Numbered from the whole stretch's first letter, positions 48,559 through 62,178 are shown. The stretch: DNA of 63,526 nt, filler included, from Asterionella formosa (GCA_002256025.1; 28 parts of 28 records of this genome joined end to end with filler, not necessarily neighbours in it), one strand, 5' to 3'. A program made the numbers and translations. Notes: generated by a model not told the origin, from the sequence alone.

Positions 48559-48924
48559 ACACCCAGTACATCTTGATTTTCCTTCGAATTGGAGATGTCA
48601 ACAGTTTTACAGTACATACGTACCTGGTACCTGGTACCTGGTACCTGCTACTAAACGGATGGATATGCATCACGATGACACGGACCACGATGCGACACCA
48701 CCACTCCTCACAATGATTCCACTTACCGGTATGTGGCTGGGTGCAAGCTTGGACTTGATTGGGTAGCCACCGTAGATCTAGTATGCGACGTATTTAGTCG
48801 AAATGAAATTTCTATATTACGATATACAGCTATGTAGTAGGTAAAAGGATTGATGCAACCTTTGGAACAAGCCCACAAGTAACCAATCCCTTCCCCTGGA
48901 AGTTCAGCAAGAAGACATTTATGT

Positions 48925-49943
48925 ATTGTTTCTTTCAGGTTCCTTTATTTAAATTTCTTGGTAGGATAATGTACCAGTTAGAGTAATGTGGTTTGGCTTA
49001 TCATCCTCGCCAGTCCTCACTCTGATTCTTGCAACAATGACAAACCAGCCTTGTCAAAAGGAACAAGTCTTTGTGATAAAATCTTCATTTGTCATTCAAG
49101 TCATCATATGTCTTCGATGAATCATCATCTGCATTGTACAGTATGTTTGTATGCAATCCGTTAAGAGCTTGAAAAGAAATCCAATGAAACCGAAATGGCT
49201 CATCACACAAGACGAATAATTCCGGTCTGTCACCAGAGCATCAATCAGTGTTACAACCTCAATCATAGCTAAAAAGCATCCATTATAGAACAGCATAATC
49301 TACATGTGTTGCTTCTTTCAGGATAATGGTAGACAAACAATATTTGTAAGTTACAGACAGCAGTGTTGGAGCCCATTTATTGATCGATACTTTGCTTCTC
49401 ATGCAATCTTCAACTGACACATTCTTTTACAGAAATATGCATCAGTTACTTCCTCAATTTGTGGTAAGTGAAGATAGAAGCGAAATGCACGTCGTCTGCA
49501 AATAAAAACCATCATATTTCCATGATGCATCATAGGATTATGATCATCTGATCATAATTTTTCGTTATATCATCTAATAATTGTGATAAATGCCCTCGTA
49601 ATTTAAATAGTAACCCTTTTGACTATGGAAATTTTAATTATTATATGTATTGTTTCTTTTAGGTTCCTTTATTTAAATTTCTTGGTAGGAGAATGTACCA
49701 GTGAAAGTAATGTGGTTTGGCTCATCATCCTCTCCAGTCCTCACTCTGATTCTTGCAACAACGACAAAGCAGCCATGTCGAGAGGAACGAGATTTTGTGA
49801 TAAAATCTTCATTTGTCGTTCAAGTCATCATATGTCTTCGATGAATCATCATCTACATTGCACAGTATGTTCATACTATGCAATCCGTTAAGAGCTTGAA
49901 AAGAAATCCAATGAAAACGAAATGGCTCATCACACAAGACGAA
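48925..49943 (+). repeat. Two tandem diverged copies of repeat B (period about 720 bp)
   Basis: AGGTTCCTTTATTTAAATTTCTTGGTAGGA at about 48938 and 49661, with parallel downstream sequence. Confidence 0.88.
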
Positions 49944-50043
49944 NNNNNNNNNNNNNNNNNNNNNNNNNNNNNNNNNNNNNNNNNNNNTTAATTAATTAAN
50001 NNNNNNNNNNNNNNNNNNNNNNNNNNNNNNNNNNNNNNNNNNN

Positions 50044-50702
50044 TTCTAATCAGAATCATTCTATAACTATAGCTATGTGGACAGTAGTCTGTTACGCACA
50101 TTTTCGTATCTCCTTCTATGCTGAATCTCAATAGTAGATGTAGTATCATGTGAGAATTGAAAATGTCAACGAGAACAAGTAGAATGTGTTTGTTTATGGG
50201 TTGATTGGCGAGATTGTCATGCTGAAGTGGACGAAACGAATATACTTTGTGCACTGTGTGCGGAAACATTACGAGTTCGAATGGTTTCTTCTCTCCTGTA
50301 AACTCTTAATTGAATGATTATGAACAAAGGTTCACTGCACATGACGATTACTCGAAGATATAAAGATCACTTGACCAACAAATTGAAGACGTTATCGCAA
50401 ACATTCATTCCGCTTGTCATCGCTAGTATTTCGTTGTTGTTGCAAAAATCGGAGTGATGACGGATGGAAATCACAAGCAAAATTACATTACTTGAACTGG
50501 TACATTATCCTACCAAGAAATTCGAATACAGGAATCAAATAGAAACAATACATATAATAATTAAATATATGTAGTCAAAAGGGTTACCATTTAAATTACA
50601 AAGGCATTAATCAAAATTATTAGATGATATAACGAAATATTATGATCAGATGATCACAATCCTATTATGCATTATGGAAATATGATAGCTTTTTTTGCAG
50701 AC
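50044..50702. repeat. Repeat A (direct) joined to repeat B (inverted)
   Basis: 50044-50379 matches about 15311-15640; 50470-50702 is the reverse complement of about 22240-22460. Confidence 0.85.
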
Positions 50703-51071
50703 CGTTGTTGATCAGTTTTTATACATTGTGTGATGATAATGTTCTAATTATCATTATACTTCAAGGTCGGTAAAATAATAATAAATCATCATAGTTACAA
50801 GATACCTTGATCATATTTTTGATCCAAAAATTATCATATATACGAAAATCCTGTGCCACTTAGCGTACGATAGTACCCTTGATCCTATATGCATGATACT
50901 TTTTTTTGCAGACATGAGGATGGCTGGCAGTTTTTCTGTTCCGGCAAACAGGCAGGAAGCCAGTTGTAGCTAGTTGCAATATTTTTGTGTCCGAATCCCA
51001 GCACCTGCATCTAGTACCTACTAGATAAATAGTACAAGACGCATGAATACTCAGATGTACTATATACAATA

Positions 51072-52208
51072 CGTGGTACTAAAAACAACCAACCATGGTT
51101 TAAGCTATGCTTTAACGCTTACTTTGAACACGTTATAATATTATCTCTGTAGACTCGGTATTATTTTTACGAGACCTGAAATGTTGAATTATATCGTTCA
51201 CATATTCATTGATTTTACATACCGTATGCCCGATTTCATCCTCACAAATATAGTTCTCACTCTATCTTGCCTGCCTTTGCTCGATTCGGGCTTGCAATAG
51301 GCAACATTCGTCTTTCTTTGATCCCATCGTCTGCTGATTGTTATGCTAGTTGAAGCGGATCGGTGAGTACAACAGTGAAATACTGAATGTGGATTGTAGA
51401 TCGTATTTATCGACTTTCCGATTTGATTGCTTCCGTGGTTTGTTTTGATCGCTTCCATCGTTGTTTGTCGTTACGCACTGTCGTTTTGTTTCGATTTTAC
51501 ATATCTACATAAGAACCAATGCATTTATCAATGACTACTCATTGAAGATGTGGTATTGTGCCATTATTGATCGTATTTGCTGATTTGTATAGTCGTTGAC
51601 AATGATGTCAATATTGCCGCCAAGCAATGCTTTTCTTGTACTAACGCGCTTTGCTACATTTCTACTATGAGTTCGTATCAGAAGCTACATGAGTACTCAG
51701 CTAGAGAGAGTCAATAGTTCCGGAGAAGCGTGGCGATCACGCTTGCTTAGAATGGAATGATCAGGGTTGCTTGTTTGGTGGTGGGCAGCGGAGAGGAATG
51801 ACTGTGGCGGAAATACTGCTACTGGTGTCAGGCTACTACAGCGATGCGCATGGTTGCAGAAACCAGACCATTTACGCTACATAACGATGTAGGTCAAGAT
51901 TGGGTTCAGCTTTTCCCTTCTTATTTCGGTCTTCGATTGTGTGGTGATGGAAAGTCAATGTTGCCTGGTGTGTAAGTACTACAATGATTCACAATGCATA
52001 CGTCTCCATTGGAACTCTTATTTTTTTATTTCATTTCTAACCCAAAACAATTTTTTTTGTTTCTCATTTGATGCTACTTATTACATCGCATTTCATACTT
52101 TGGTTGCTCCAAACATCATGTTCAATTTTCGTTGATGTTGCATGTTACAATCATTCTCGTGTGTTTTACGCTTGTTGTACCATCTCTATGCATATTACCG
52201 TTATTTTG
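51072..52208 (+). repeat. Repeat C second copy
   Basis: Colinear with 32928-34065. Confidence 0.88.
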
Positions 52209-53625
52209 NNNNNNNNNNNNNNNNNNNNNNNNNNNNNNNNNNNNNNNNNNNNTTAATTAATTAANNNNNNNNNNNNNNNNNNNNNNNNNNNNNNNNNNNN
52301 NNNNNNNNACTTTCAGATGCATCCTTTCTGTACTACTGACAAGGAATAACAAAATAATTGCCTGTCTGTTTCTTCCAGAACCGGCCCGCAACAGAGTCCT
52401 CGTTGCTTTTCTGGAAGTGAAGAACATGATTCACACCAGAGTAAGATCATAGTAGCTGTTTAAACTCAAACAAGACCTTTTTCTATTTCTTAACAAACAA
52501 TGCATATTCAGTTCAAACGGAGGGCATTGAACAATCAAGAGAAGGGTATACAGCCACAGTAACCAGAATGCACCACCAACCAGCTCCTTGTTTCCAACAA
52601 TAAGATCCAAAGGGATAACAGCAGAAACAACAGATAGCGAAAACGTCAATGACAACGACAACAATAAAAACAACCACAATGCATAATGCATTTTACCACG
52701 AAAGTGATAATTTGTTCCTTCACCACGTTCTAGCTAGTAGCTGGTTTCCATTAAAAGAAACCTGGCGCGGACGGTCCTCCTCCTATACCTTTGCTTTGTA
52801 CTAGCCATGTGTACATTCTACATAACAAAAAGCTGGCGCGCAGTCTATGCTTTGTCAGTATATTTTTGGCGAGCAATGCAGACCTCACGAAAATCTGACG
52901 AACATGGTGAATCGTCACGATTTTCAACGTTGTGATTTGCAAAAGGTTAGTACCAGTAATGCCGCTAGATTGCACTACATAGGATGTCTGAATTAATTCA
53001 ACTATTTTTCCCACCTTTTCGGAGCGTCTATAAGCAAAACTACCGCTACAATGAAGACTCCAACAGGGAAAATATCTAGCTGCAGCAAATCTATCGAATA
53101 TGCGAATTTTTTTACACAGAAATAGCTGTTGCATGTATTCGCGTTCATCTGATGATCATGTCATTGTAGTCGGCCTGAGTAGAAAATAAGAGCTGCAACC
53201 AAAGCTATTTCTTTTCGGAAAGGCTACAATTTGTCTACAATGATTATTTTATCAAATGAAATTCGGTTAACAAATCAAATCAAAAGAAACGTTGGTAGAT
53301 ATGTTTTATATACACTGGCACCCGTAGTTCTATAGAAAAAGGAGTCGCATACCGGTACTATATTAGTGTTCATCGAATATCGTTGTAGTCAGTCGAAAAT
53401 GAGAGGTATTTCCGAGATACTTCAAACAGTAAACAGTCATATCTCTAGCAAGTTGCTGGCCTTAGTGAAAGTAGCACTGGATGTATAGCTGTGTTAAATC
53501 GAATTGAATGAGATAATTTATTTTGTGGTTTTACAAATGATGGATCAAATATCTATATCGGCCGTTGTCTCTTTCTATTAAACAAATATCGGTACATAAT
53601 CGCTATTTAATCGTGTTTTATCACC

Positions 53626-54472
53626 ATGAACGACGACGATTGCTGTTTGATATGTGGTAAGGGTCCATTTGTTTCCCTTCACCGTCATTACGCACATAGC
53701 CCCGAATGCGAAACAGCTGCTGAGTTGTTTCGTAAACCAGCAACTGGTCCAGACGACGGTCAGGAAGAATATGATGGATTTCATCAATCTCCACCATCAC
53801 CTGCTGATGACTTTTCGTCGTCATTAAAGAAAAGGGCCAAAATTTGTCATGTTCAAACACTACATTTTGGCGATCATACCAATATATATGACACTGATCA
53901 AAAAGAAGATGAAGAAAATACAAGCGAAATAGTGGTACAGGATGAAACCAATACTATTCCAGTCCTGAGCACCACAGGGATTAGGTTTTCCTCCGCCGAT
54001 CCTGGTATACCATTCTCAGTTGGCGATGTAATGAAGTCTCGACTGCTTAGTCTTTTGCTCGGCACCCGTTCTCCTCTTTATATGTATGATCAAATCATGA
54101 GTTTCTGCAGCACAGCTCAGGAAGCTGGATTCATTTTTGAATCTTGTCCTCCCAGGAGGACCACTGTTCTGAAAGAATTTCAAAACCGATTTAACATGAA
54201 TGATTTAACTCCCCAGGTGAAACAGGCCATATTGCATGATGGAAAACTGATTGATGTTGTATGTTTTGATTTCATGGCTCAGGTTAAGAATCTCTTGACA
54301 AATGACATACTAATGTCACCACAAAATGTGTCATTTGATTTCGTCAATCCGTGTAAAGCACCACAACCCACCAGTGTCAGATCCGAATTTCACACTGGTA
54401 CCTGGTGGATAGATGCCCATGAATATTTATGTTCTCAGCCAAATGACTTCCTTGTTCCACTCATGTTCTTTA
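53626..54472 (+). CDS. Plavaka-like transposase N-terminal part with a C2H2-type zinc finger; cut by contig end
   Basis: CLICGKGPFVSLHRHY..C; SPLYMYDQIM; DVVCFDFMAQVKNLL; SEFHTGTWW; FLVPLMFF just before the expected first catalytic Asp. Confidence 0.72.
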
Positions 54473-54572
54473 NNNNNNNNNNNNNNNNNNNNNNNNNNNN
54501 NNNNNNNNNNNNNNNNTTAATTAATTAANNNNNNNNNNNNNNNNNNNNNNNNNNNNNNNNNNNNNNNNNNNN

Positions 54573-54940
54573 CCTCCAATGTGTTGCCAGAAATCATGAA
54601 AAAAATGGAATTAATGTTCCCCAAAACTCCAATTTTTCTGTACTAATTGATCTGATCTGGAAGTGTGGTGACCATAGTGTGTTGTGTGGTGTTCAGGTAC
54701 ATATTTCCAAACACCACAATGTACTGAAAAAGTTTGCAGAAATGTGTAAAAAGGCGAGATGGCTTGAAAAATTCAAAAAGATTTATTTGCTATAATTAAG
54801 TCCTGAACAATGTGCAGCTAATTCCGTTCAATGCCTTAGTATTCCTAAAACACAGGGACAACAAATCACAGTTGTTACACTAGTATATCATGCAAAAGCA
54901 GTATACCCTGTCTCAGCCAAGTCTCTGCAACGGCCTAGAA
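54573..54940 (+). pseudogene. Decayed 3' end of a Crinkler-like gene (restriction-endonuclease-fold domain)
   Basis: Hand translation gives VPQNSNFSVLIDLIWKCGDHSVLCGVQVHISKH..VLKKF, matching the P...NF...D...Q pattern of CR-REase domains; stop codons present. Confidence 0.55.
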
Positions 54941-55654
54941 AAGGTTGTGAAGAAGGTAGTTTTGGCAGTACTTGGGGTGAGGGGAGTTTGTCTTCTAGGG
55001 GTCATGTACATGTAGTGCTAAGGACCTAATCTAGAGTCTAGAGACCATTATGAACTGCTTATGAATACAGTTACTACCTGGTACCGTTACAGTTCAAGGT
55101 GCACTACGGTATGCTGTCCGCAATCTATGTATGAGAGAACATTGAAAATTAACTTCGTCTGGTAAAATACGACCGGTATACTCCTACGAGTATGACATAC
55201 CGGTACTCGGACCTGTGCATATTTTTGTGAAGGGTTCACATACATTGTTGCATAATTAATATGTGTTTTGTATACACACATGCGAACAAATATTCGCAAA
55301 AATCGGACTTTCCCGGAACTCCCAGGCTGTACAATCATACACGCCACGCAGTAGGATGCTGGATCGCAAGACTAAGTTGTATTCCATATGACTATAAATA
55401 TATATGTATACAAGATCCTGTATGTAGAAAACAAGGTTGACAAAAGTACCATGACAGCAAAAGAAAGCATGTGCCGATATAGTAGAGTACCTGGTACATG
55501 GTACTGGAACCTGTTTCATGATGGTACATTCACAACATTGCTGACCCTTTTTTATATATTGACAGAAGGTTCTCCCCTTCTCTCCTCTCCTTTCCTTTCA
55601 CTTCCATTGTCTTGTACTCCCAACCAGGTACCCACCACCATCAGTTAGAAAACA

Positions 55655-56737
55655 ATGAAGGTTTGGTTCCAGTTGTTTCTTGGAAACGCAGGACTATTGC
55701 CAGTTTATGTCACATTGAATCAGAATGATGTCATTGCTGACTTGATGGAAGCTGTGAAGATTAAATGTGGTGACGATCTTCAAGGTGTTTCCTCAGCGCG
55801 GCTCCGTGTGTGCCCACCTGGAACTCAAGTGCCGGTTCCTGAGGGAGCTGATGATCCAACCTTGGATCCTGGAGGTCGTCTGGTTGTTCATCTGAATTGG
55901 GGAACTAGCAGCAAGAATGCGTTCGTGATCGTGATCCTGATCGTGGTCATCCAACCTGATATTGGTACGTGTTTTGATCTCATGGAATACCTTCTATTGT
56001 ATTGTAGGTCACAGCTCCTAATACTCACGTATCAATTCGTATCATTTATCCCATACAAATACTCGCTACTGTTGAAAAGACCAAGGAACGACGAAACGCC
56101 AGAAACAAAATGATGAGCAGGAGGAAGCCTCGACCTTAATATTGCGTATAAAGGAGAAGCTCAACGTTCATTTCAAGCGCTTGAAGGTGGATCAGGAAAA
56201 GCGAATCGTTCCACAGACAATGCATATCTACAAGATTGATCGAAACGAGCTTCCTTTTGAACCTACTTTATCTGATTCTGACGATTCTTTACCTCCTTCT
56301 GATCCCATTGTTCCCGTCTTTTCCCCCGAAGATAGTTACTGGATGAAAGGGCTCCAAAAAGTGCGGTTTAATGATTGCAAGAGACGGGGAATCTTATATC
56401 GGCCTGAAATTGTGAAGGATATGATGAAAGCGGTTGAAGATGCCTTCAATATAGGTGGTCCGGCTGGAATCATGATTAAGGGACCGCAGGGAATTGGCAA
56501 GTCGCACTCACTTGTTAACTTGATTCGTACGCTGCAATATGACAGTAGCTGCAAGTACCTCGTAACTGTCATTCCAGACTGTCAACATTGGAACGACATT
56601 GACCATTTGTACACTGCGATCTGCAGTTCATTTGGTACTTCATTATCGGCTCTCTCATGGTCGAGCAGCCCAGGTTCGGTTTCGCAAGAGGAACACCTCA
56701 AAACCTTTGTCAATGCGATTGACTTGATTCTTCGACG
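55655..56737 (+). CDS. Crinkler (CRN)-like protein: ubiquitin-like header + P-loop NTPase; probable intron from 55965; cut by contig end
   Basis: MKVWFQL...DVIADLMEAVKIK..DLQGVSSARLRV...LDPG...GTSSKNAFVIV header; LYRPE then IMIKGPQGIGKSHSL Walker A. Donor GTACGT at 55965; an AG at 56078-56079 would restore the frame, otherwise there is a frameshift near 56090. Confidence 0.7.
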
Positions 56738-56838
56738 NNNNNNNNNNNNNNNNNNNNNNNNNNNNNNNNNNNNNNNNNNNNTTAATTAATTAANNNNNNN
56801 NNNNNNNNNNNNNNNNNNNNNNNNNNNNNNNNNNNNNC

Positions 56839-58898
56839 TGAAGTATCTAACTAGAAGTAGTATTTGTTGAATAAATGATGAGCTTATTAGTTATCATTGT
56901 ATCAAACCCATTCAACCAAGTGGACACCAAAGTATTCAATAAGTGTCAGTCCAGTTCTCACATAATCGAGTTCTAATATACTTGATATAACCCTAACCCT
57001 GCCTATGTACACATGTGTCCTTGCGCGGAATCGCTCACTCACCCACACCAAGGGAAAACTTTTCACCTTCTATGAAAAGGTTTGATGTGATGAACATAAA
57101 TTCGTGCAGTAGTACGCATACCGGTAGTCTAGTCCATTGAAAAGTGACTGTACCAATGCATGTTAGAACATCAATTGCTTGTGCAGCCACTGTTATTTTC
57201 TATGGGCAAATAAAATCCACTGCGACCTTCTGACCATGTTATGCATTAATAGGACGTTCCAAGGTGGAAATTTACCATAAACAACCAGTGCCAGGCAATT
57301 TTGTGCATTAACACACTTCACCTGTACTTACAGTATGTTCCACTGGTGCTTTGCTTTGCTTGATAATGAATGATAAAAAATGTAGCGATTGTAGCATTCA
57401 ATGCTGTCATACCCACATGGGCTGCTAACATGTGAGCGATGATACCAATTAATAATAGAATCCAAAAGTGTAGCAGGTATAGTAAAACGCCAAATACATC
57501 AACATATTTTTTGTATGTCATGAAAATTGATATAAGGAGATTTTGAAAAAAGGAGTTTGTTGATTGTGAATATTGTCTGGATGATTGAGAATACAAGTAA
57601 GCAGAGGTTTATCATCTAATTCAATTTAGAATGCAGGATCAGATGTTAATACTGAGGTTGTCAGCCCAACATCATCCCCCACCGAAGACGTAAAACCCTT
57701 GGGAGGCGAGAGAAAGAATCTGCAATAGCATTATCAGTCCCTTTCACATAATGAAAAAAGTAGGATGATACTATTCTTTAACAGATGAGCACCATCGGAG
57801 AACACGTTACGTGCGTAAGAAAGTATTGTCCCTAAAAGTTTTCACCACATGCAGTAATTCTCGTTCAATGATTGTGTAAATTTTGTGAGCCGATGAAAGA
57901 TTGCGAGAATAATAAGCAACGACGGGGAAGTCAGTTTGCATGATAACTGAATCTAATTGGTAATCAAAGGCATCGGTAAAACCATGATGTGAATGTTAAG
58001 CATCATCGAGGAAACGAATAGGATGCATAAGCACTGTTTCATCCATGCAGGACATATTAGTGTGCAAAAAATCCGTAGCAGCTTGACGAAGAGGAAGCAT
58101 AATTGCGTAAGTCATTGAATAGGACCTTGCACTTCTGTTGTAGTATACAAGCTGACCTACTGAGTTTGGGAGAATCATATCCTGTAAATAACAAATGTTG
58201 CTTAGCTAAAGAATGATATGAGAATTATTCAATGTGTTGTCATATATATAATAATAATATCATTGCTATTGTAGCACATATTTCTGTTATGAGTTTTGTT
58301 TCAGAACATCAACTGCTGATGCTGATACTGAAAGCTATCCAGAATCTTCCAACCATGTCACCATTGCATCATCAAAATTGTCTTATGAATGATCATCTGG
58401 TATTACATCAAAGTTCGGCCATTCAATCAAGGCGATTTATGTTGAGCCCTTTTTGTAGTAGTAGTAGAAGAAGGTATGCATTTACTGGAGGTTGGGCAAA
58501 CAATTTCACAGAATTGACTCACAGCAATCAACAGAGCTTCCACTGATCTTGGCTGAGATACTTGAAACCTTGATCTTGCAGGAATGCATGACAGATGTTA
58601 TTCTTGATGTTTAGTAGGTTGAAACCCTTGATCAATGGGACCATTGGGATTTGAGAATACATCAACATTGCTAATTCTAATTTGACTCTTTTTGAATTCA
58701 ATTTGAAGCATCTAACTAGAAGTAATAGTATTTGTTGATTATATGAGCTTATTAGTTTTCATTGTATCTAACCCATTCAACTAAGTTGACACCAAAGTAT
58801 TCAATAGGTTTTCTGTTTAGTTCTCAATAATCCAGGTCTGATGTACTTGATGTAACCCTATCCCTATAACCACATGTATCCTTGCGCGGGATCGCTCA
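56839..58898 (-). mobile_element. Complete non-autonomous mini Ty3/gypsy element (2.06 kb) with two ~197-bp LTRs (56839-57037, 58704-58898)
   Basis: Direct repeats TGAAG(T/C)ATCTAACTAGAAG...ATCGCTCA; PPT-like tract next to the 3' LTR; decayed RNase H (FTDAFDYQL, VAYYSRNL, ERELL) and integrase (HVGMT, VAVDFI) remnants. Confidence 0.85.
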
Positions 58899-60619
58899 CC
58901 TTCATTCGACTACCCGTAGACAGGTACAGCGTGCGCAAACTCGTAAAAATTACATGACATGTTATTCATGTCACAACTCTCCACGTATATTCCTTGACAA
59001 NNNNNNNNNNNNNNNNNNNNNNNNNNNNNNNNNNNNNNNNNNNNTTAATTAATTAANNNNNNNNNNNNNNNNNNNNNNNNNNNNNNNNNNNNNNNNNNNN
59101 CATGATGATTTTTAAGTCACAGTGATGGGTGCTGAAAGCACTTGGAAATAACTGCTGCTGTGGGATGTCTTTCCATTATATTTTTTGACTTTTGGCCATT
59201 GCATTGTAGTATTTGTAAAATGTAGTTCTCCTTTTTCATTGGCGCATTGATTGTGGCAGCACCGTTATTTCGAAATGAATAAGCGATGTTATGTTGCTTC
59301 TGTATAGTTTCAACATCGCAACATTGAACTTTCCGGGTTACAATCCCGACTTTCCTCTATTTTTCTTAGTACTTAGCCTACGTCGGCAGTCTGTAGCACT
59401 GCTGCTGACACCCTCCTCAGTCACCATGTCCTCTTTGTACACTGCCGCTCCTTTTGCTTACCCCTCCTCCACTCTTCTTTATGCTCAACTTTCACTGTTA
59501 GACCTGCTGGTCACTCCACAGCAAAAACTAGTCAAATCCACCTGTTCCTTCCTGAGGAAACGACTTTCGCCTACTTTGCGCGACTCTGACAGCACATTTG
59601 TCAAACGACTGCTTACTCTTCCTCCCACCAGCTTCTTGTCCCTCTCTGCCACTTTTAGTCCTCTCATTGTCACCTTGAAGACCCCAAGACCCTCCGGAAA
59701 TTCCAAGAAACTGTTTTCTATTGCTGCTACAAAAAATTTCTCCTCCACACTCAACGAGCCACATGGGCTCCTTGCCCGACTCCAATGTCCTACATCTACA
59801 ATCCTGGCCTTCTTGGCCACAGTGCGACCCAACGAACTCCACTATAGTCGAGGCTCTATAACGCATACTTAAACATTTTTGTAGCAACTGTTTCTTCTGG
59901 ATGTACTTCGTGGATGCTTCCGGCGGTAGTTGCATTGGTTTGCGGCTTGGTGTTTGGTGGGTCAGCCATATGATTGGATTGCTGGAGTGGCAGGGGTGCA
60001 AGAGTTGGAATGAGCAGAAGAAATGCATTGGCTGGATGCAATGCCACTGGTGATTGCAAGCGAGTGTATGAGTGTTTCTGTAGTCATAGTAAGGTAGTGG
60101 TTCTCCATACTAGTGGCCTGTGCCATGGTGTGGCTTTCTGGTAGTGAGGATGTGTCTGATGGAATGGTGGCACAATAATGGTAGGTGAGGCTTCTGTGGT
60201 GTCTGATGCAGCTACGGACATCGCGTTTTCTTGTCCTGTGGGAGATGAAACAGTCTGCGTGGTTTGGGTAAAAGCTGCCAAGGCGGTCGAAGAGAGATGA
60301 TCCACCATGGTGAAGGCAAGGGACCTTGGCCTGTTGCCCTAGTGTGAATTTCCACATGTTTGGAAGAATATATATCCTCAATCAAAGTAAACTGTCATTG
60401 ATGCAGTACTTTCGTTTGACAACTAAAAAAACTAAATATTTGTTTAAGTGAGCTAGGAAAACATGCACATGGCCAAGAAAACACATCAAGATTTCCGATA
60501 TCAAAATTGATGAGCATTGCGAAAAGGCCTGAAAATAAAATACTACGTGTAAAAATTGAGGTTCCACATGAAATACCTCACTTTCCATTGATTATTTTTC
60601 CATTGATGGCAGATGATGT

Positions 60620-61030
60620 CTATGAGAGCTGCTCTCCATCAGGGGCATTTTCACGAGACGGAATGGTCGTCGAGACGACACCTGCATCAATAGTTTTGCT
60701 AATGTGCTTGGTGTGTTTTCGCTGCAGCAACGCAAGCTTCATCATCAATTGAGCATTGCGAGACCGAAGGAGATCATTTTGTGCCTCCAGATACTCTTCC
60801 CTTGTTTCATACTGCTCTGCTTGATTAATTTTTTCGACTTTCAACTGCTGTAGAGCGTGCAATCTGGTCAACTTTTGTTGTATATTTGCACGCACAGCAG
60901 AACTTAAATTGTCTGAACTAACTTCCTGCTCCTTGATTTCCATCTGAACTTTTTCGATTTCCTTGTCTATTTCGTCTGTACAAGGAGGAGGCTGCAGTCG
61001 GTACTTTCGCATCCACGGCCTGACTCGAAA
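60620..61030 (-). CDS. Possible exon encoding an unknown coiled-coil protein
   Basis: E/K/Q-rich helical composition; GTAAGT donor-like site near 61101; upstream frame contains stops; no family recognised. Confidence 0.3.
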   Translation of the reverse strand, partial: FRVRPWMRKYRLQPPPCTDEIDKEIEKVQMEIKEQEVSSDNLSSAVRANIQQKLTRLHALQQLKVEKINQAEQYETREEYLEAQNDLLRSRNAQLMMKLALLQRKHTKHISKTIDAGVVSTTIPSRENAPDGEQLS

Positions 61031-61363
61031 CATAATACACAATGGTGTCAAAAACAAAAATTGCAAAATAATTTCCATGTCAAGTTAAGAAACACAACTT
61101 ACATCAATGCGAGGGTGAACAATATCCTCCAGTATTTGCCTGCGCGAGTCATGAAGGGCTTTCCGTATCGCAATTTAAGCATATACATTACACCAAGCCT
61201 CTCAATATATGGGTGCCGATGAGCTTCATGAAGCAATAGGTCCTTGCGAAATGTGAGAGAGTANNNNNNNNNNNNNNNNNNNNNNNNNNNNNNNNNNNNN
61301 NNNNNNNTTAATTAATTAANNNNNNNNNNNNNNNNNNNNNNNNNNNNNNNNNNNNNNNNNNNN

Positions 61364-61940
61364 GACCATTGCTGAAGAAGGAGGTATAATTTTGATTCTG
61401 TCTGCGATGAAGACTCATTCCTCCAATGCTACTGTGCAAGAGTATGGTTGTGGTGCACTTAGCAACTTGGCTGTTAACAATGACAAGAACAGGGTGACGA
61501 TTGCTGAAGAGGGAGGTGTAATTTTGATTCTGTCTACGATGAAGACTCATTCATCCAATTTCTTTGTGCAAGAAGCTGGTTGTAGAGCACTTATTGTCTT
61601 GTCTTACAATAATGACAACAACAAGGTGACAATTGCTGAAGCAGAAGGTATCACTACAATTCTGTCTGCGATGAAAACTCATTCATTCAATTCTAATGTT
61701 CAATACCTTTGTTGTGCAGCACTTTCGAACTTGGCTGATAATAATGAAAACAACAAGGTGATGATTGCTGCAGCAGGAGGTATCAGTACAATTGAGTTTG
61801 TGATGAATAATCATTCCTCTAATGTGGATGTGCAACACTATGGTCGTGCAGCACTTCAGAATTTGGCTTATAAAAATGACAACAACCAGGCAATGATTTC
61901 CAATGCTGGTGGAAAAGTTGCAATTGAGTCTGCTATTTAA
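61364..61940 (+). CDS. Armadillo (ARM) repeat protein, 3' fragment
   Basis: ~43-aa repeats of the form AMKTH....VQ..GC.AL.NLA.N..N.V.IA..GGI..IL. Confidence 0.85.
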
Positions 61941-62178
61941 ATTCATTTTTTTAATGCTGGTGTGCAAGAAAAAGGTTATGGAGCACCTTTCATATTGACC
62001 CAACATGGGAAGTAGTCAATATGGTTTTTTTATGAGGATTGATTAATATTTTTTGTATCGATTACAAATAGTATTATCGTAGAAAAGAAAGATAAGTCTA
62101 AGTAGGATCATATTTTCTAAACATTGATAGCTTTCTCTATATGATCTTCTTTAACAATCATTACATTGTTGTTGGAAG

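Noticed and set aside
48077..48766. 229-aa plus-strand ORF
   Set aside because: Antisense shadow of the SLC13 transporter.
56991..57000. CCCTAACCCT as a telomeric repeat
   Set aside because: Under two units and located inside the gypsy LTR.
59291..60381. Overlapping ORFs on both strands
   Set aside because: Low-complexity S/T/L composition, no motifs; coding strand cannot be determined.
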